The notes below the pieces were generated by a model that was not told the origin of the DNA, searched no databases, and was given only the letters and a program-made list of their open reading frames with translations. 64,000 nucleotides of DNA from Mustelus asterias (lineage: Eukaryota), in NCBI RefSeq assembly GCF_964213995.1, contig NC_135818.1, positions 74,772,001-74,836,000 on the forward strand, in the 5' to 3' direction. Numbering within the stretch: position 1 is the stretch's first letter; each line of letters starts with the position of its first letter. This document shows, in pieces, positions 60,871 through 64,000 of this stretch. The translations under genes and the position numbers were made by a program.

Positions 60871-61829
60871 ACGGTATTGATCAAGAAATATTATAGCCTC
60901 ATTGCAGGCAAAAATCATGAGTTCAGTGTGGGCACCCAGTTCCAAGCAAAACCTTCCAACCACCCCTACCTACCAGTCATTGTTCGTGTTAATGCATTGT
61001 ATCTCAAGTGCCATTATTCTAACTAAATTAAACACACCATTCAATTCCTTTATTCAATTTTCATTTTACGCAGACTCACACAATTTAACCGACAATGGGC
61101 AATTGTCAATCAGCCACGGTTGCCAAGATTAGGTTGGGGGTTGCAAAATAATAGCAAAAACAAACAATAAGAGTGTTACAACAAATAAATTTAAGGTGTG
61201 TAGGTGGAAGAGGAAAAAATAGAAGAAAGAGCAGACTTACACAATTAAACATATGGAACTAGTGATAAAGATAAGCACATTTAAGTAGTAAAGTTCTGCA
61301 TTTACAAGGGAGTTGTCCCAATCACCTGGTATAAATACAGCAAATGATCAACTAAACCTATGGAGAAACAGTTTAAATAGCACTCTTTACCCATTTATGC
61401 TGTTTCTCCAAGGGTTTCAGTGACAGGAACATGGAAACATTGAAATATCTACAAGACAGAAGGAGGCCATTTGGTCCATCATGTCTGACAAATGAGCTCT
61501 TTCCAACCTTCAGTTCCAAGCATTGGTTGTGTGGCTCATGGCACCTCAAATGCTTATCTCAGTGTTTTTTTCAAATATGATATGAATTTCTACATCTGCC
61601 ACCCATTCAGGCAGTGATCTGTCACTGATGTTGTGACAGATGATTAGGACATTCTCTGCGCCCAGGGTATCGGGTAGCCTTTTAAGCTTTTAGGACAGGA
61701 ATTGTTTCAGGGGTGGGTGGGGGGGAGGGGGGAGCAGATACACTTGAGTAAAAGAGCCTGCAAAGTGGCATTCACATCACAGGGCTGAATAGTGCATGAT
61801 ATCAATGTAATATTGTGAAACTGAACTCA

Positions 61830-62425
61830 GCATAGAGTATAAGAGCAAGAAGAAGATGTGGTTAGGCCACAGCTGGAGTACTGTGTGACGTTCTGGTCAC
61901 CTCACTAAAGGAAGGATGTGATTGCACTGGAGAGGATGCAGAGGAGGTCCACCAGGATGTTGACTGGGATGGAGCATTTGAGTTATAAGGAGAGGCTGGA
62001 TAGGTTTAGTTTGTTTTCTTTAGAGCAGAGAAGGCTGCGGGGGAGGGGACATGATTGAGGTGTATCTGATTATGAAGGGTATGGACAGGGTGAGTAGGGA
62101 GCAGCTGTTCCCTTTTGTTAAGGGGTCAACACAAGGGGACATAATTTTATGGCAAGAGGCAGCAGATTCAGAGGGGATTTGAGAAAAATAAATTTCACCC
62201 AGCGGGTGGTGGAAATCTGGAGTGCACTGCCTGGGAAGGTAGTGGAGGCCAGAAGCCTTACAACCTTTAAAAAGTATTTGGATGAGCACTTGAAACATCG
62301 TAAAATTCAAGGATATGCGAGTTGGAAAATGGGATTTGCGTGAATGTAGTGGTAGTTATTGTCAGTGCAGGCTCGATGGGCCAAAGGGCCTTTTCTGCGG
62401 TGTACGACTGTTATGACTATGACTC
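61830..62425 (+). mobile_element. CR1 3' end
   Basis: RPQLEYCV.FWSPH..., FTQRVVEIWSALP. Confidence 0.88.
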
Positions 62426-64000
62426 TTAATCCTTTCCAAACCAAAAGAAATTTTGGTAAACCGATTTTCCTGCAGAGACCTGCCGGGTCTTTTCCTGATA
62501 CTAAAAATGTTGGCTTTCAATTATACAATAACCCATCTGATTCCTGCCTTCGTTAAAATCCAATGGGTTCTGACAATAACGAATGAATTAAGAAGTCAGA
62601 TTAATTTGCAAATTTAACTGGTAATGGAACCCTTTAGTGGGGTGGGGTCGGGGGCGAGGGGGGGAGAGGGGGTGGGAATGGAGGGGCATCTTGGAGATGT
62701 TACTCTCATGTGATATGTTGTTCCTCTAAAGGATACACATTGTGCATGATCTGGACAATACAGATGTTTCTCAACAGGGGTCATATTTTCCTGATATCAC
62801 CTCCTCTCCACTATTGCCATCCTTTAACCTGGTCACAAATATATTTGTACCAGAAAACCTGAGTAAGTCATCATGTCGTCATGACACCTCCTTACCAGCA
62901 CATTTGCAAGCAGGAATTTCTATCACATAGGCAAGAGCATTGTATTTTTTTCGCTCTCTCACTTTGTATGTCTGACTTGTAGAGAAACTTGCTGCGCTTC
63001 TTGAAGATCCTAGCATCTCTTGTTCCATCGCATAAATATTGAACTAGATGCTTGCTCAGACTGCTCCCAATAGGTCGCCAGGGCACAAGTGCAGGCACCT
63101 TCCGAGCATTAATGAGATTTCTTTGAAGCTGTAAAAAGGCTGCATTGATCGGTCTGTTCTTGGATGTGATACTTTAGCCTGCGCGCTGAATGCTGGAGTG
63201 CCTGAGATCCATATCACACAGCCTTTCATCCAACCCCTTCATTTTAGTTGCTTGGCCACCCATCCAATCTTTACCCATTTGGTCCCAAAGGTCACAAGCT
63301 GATTGTGCCTGTTACCATGACAACAAATGCGCTGATCTAAAGTATCGTAACTGGGCCAATTTTTTGCATTTCAAACATTGCGTGCGAATTTGCAGACGAA
63401 GAGCAAATGCTTTAAGATATAGTAATAAAGTGCAGATGCATAAACCTATTATTGTTTCCTTCAGTAAACACTTCAAAACAAATCTGCTTCTGTCTTAAAG
63501 CATTCACAATAGGTCTCAATGAGGTCAACAAAAATTACTAGCTTCCTTTCTTATTCTCTCTCTCCATCTCTTTAGATGTTCATTGACTGAAGACATAGTT
63601 TCCAGGTGAGAACATGGTCAGGTAACCTTCGCCTGAATCACTGGCACCGAACAGCAGCCTTCAACTTAAGTTCTGGCCCCAGGGGCGGCTCGCTGTCCAG
63701 TTTTCCTGTCCTTTCCTGTCAAGAATTGTTTGACCTGGGCTGAGAACATTTCTTTAGCATGGATGTTCACTGCGCTGGCTATCACATGACAGCAAGAACC
63801 TGCAGCCTTTAATCTTCAAACATGACAATATGCTCGTTTATTTTCTTCATTGATAATATTGCGAACTGTATGTTGATTTCCTAAAATGTTAAGCTGCATG
63901 GGATAGATGCTGACTCTGCGATTGTGTGAGCTCATGAATACTTGTCATCCCACCCAATTTTTATTTCCATCATAGAAGTGGAAAATGGCTCGCTAACTCA

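Noticed and set aside
62742-63620. Possible exons/ORFs (plus 62778-62862 with GTAAGT donor; minus ORF 62892-63098)
   Set aside because: No recognisable protein and no consistent multi-exon frame

Overview
Vertebrate genomic DNA, almost certainly from a shark or other elasmobranch. It contains about 30 HE1-type V-SINE copies and abundant CR1/HER1-like LINE debris. Most of the window is nested transposable-element remains: V-SINEs with two alternative 3' tails, a second tRNA-derived SINE family, DeuSINE remnants, CR1, L2 and Rex1/Babar LINE fragments, Penelope-like terminal repeats with minimal hammerhead motifs, PIF/Harbinger-type MITEs with 3-bp TSDs, a Tigger-like element and the 3' end of a Gypsy retrotransposon. 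I could not identify any host protein-coding gene; there are only low-confidence candidate exons. The most unusual object is a 613-bp fold-back element at 26028-26640. It consists of one complete Gypsy-type LTR plus an inverted copy of its U3-R part, with TG...CA ends and a 5-bp TSD, so it inserted as a single unit. Also notable are palindromic hammerhead-bearing Penelope mini-elements with 12-13 bp TSDs and two local inverted duplications anchored at retroposon ends. Family names come from recalled consensus motifs, not database searches. Repeat boundaries are approximate unless a TSD is quoted.
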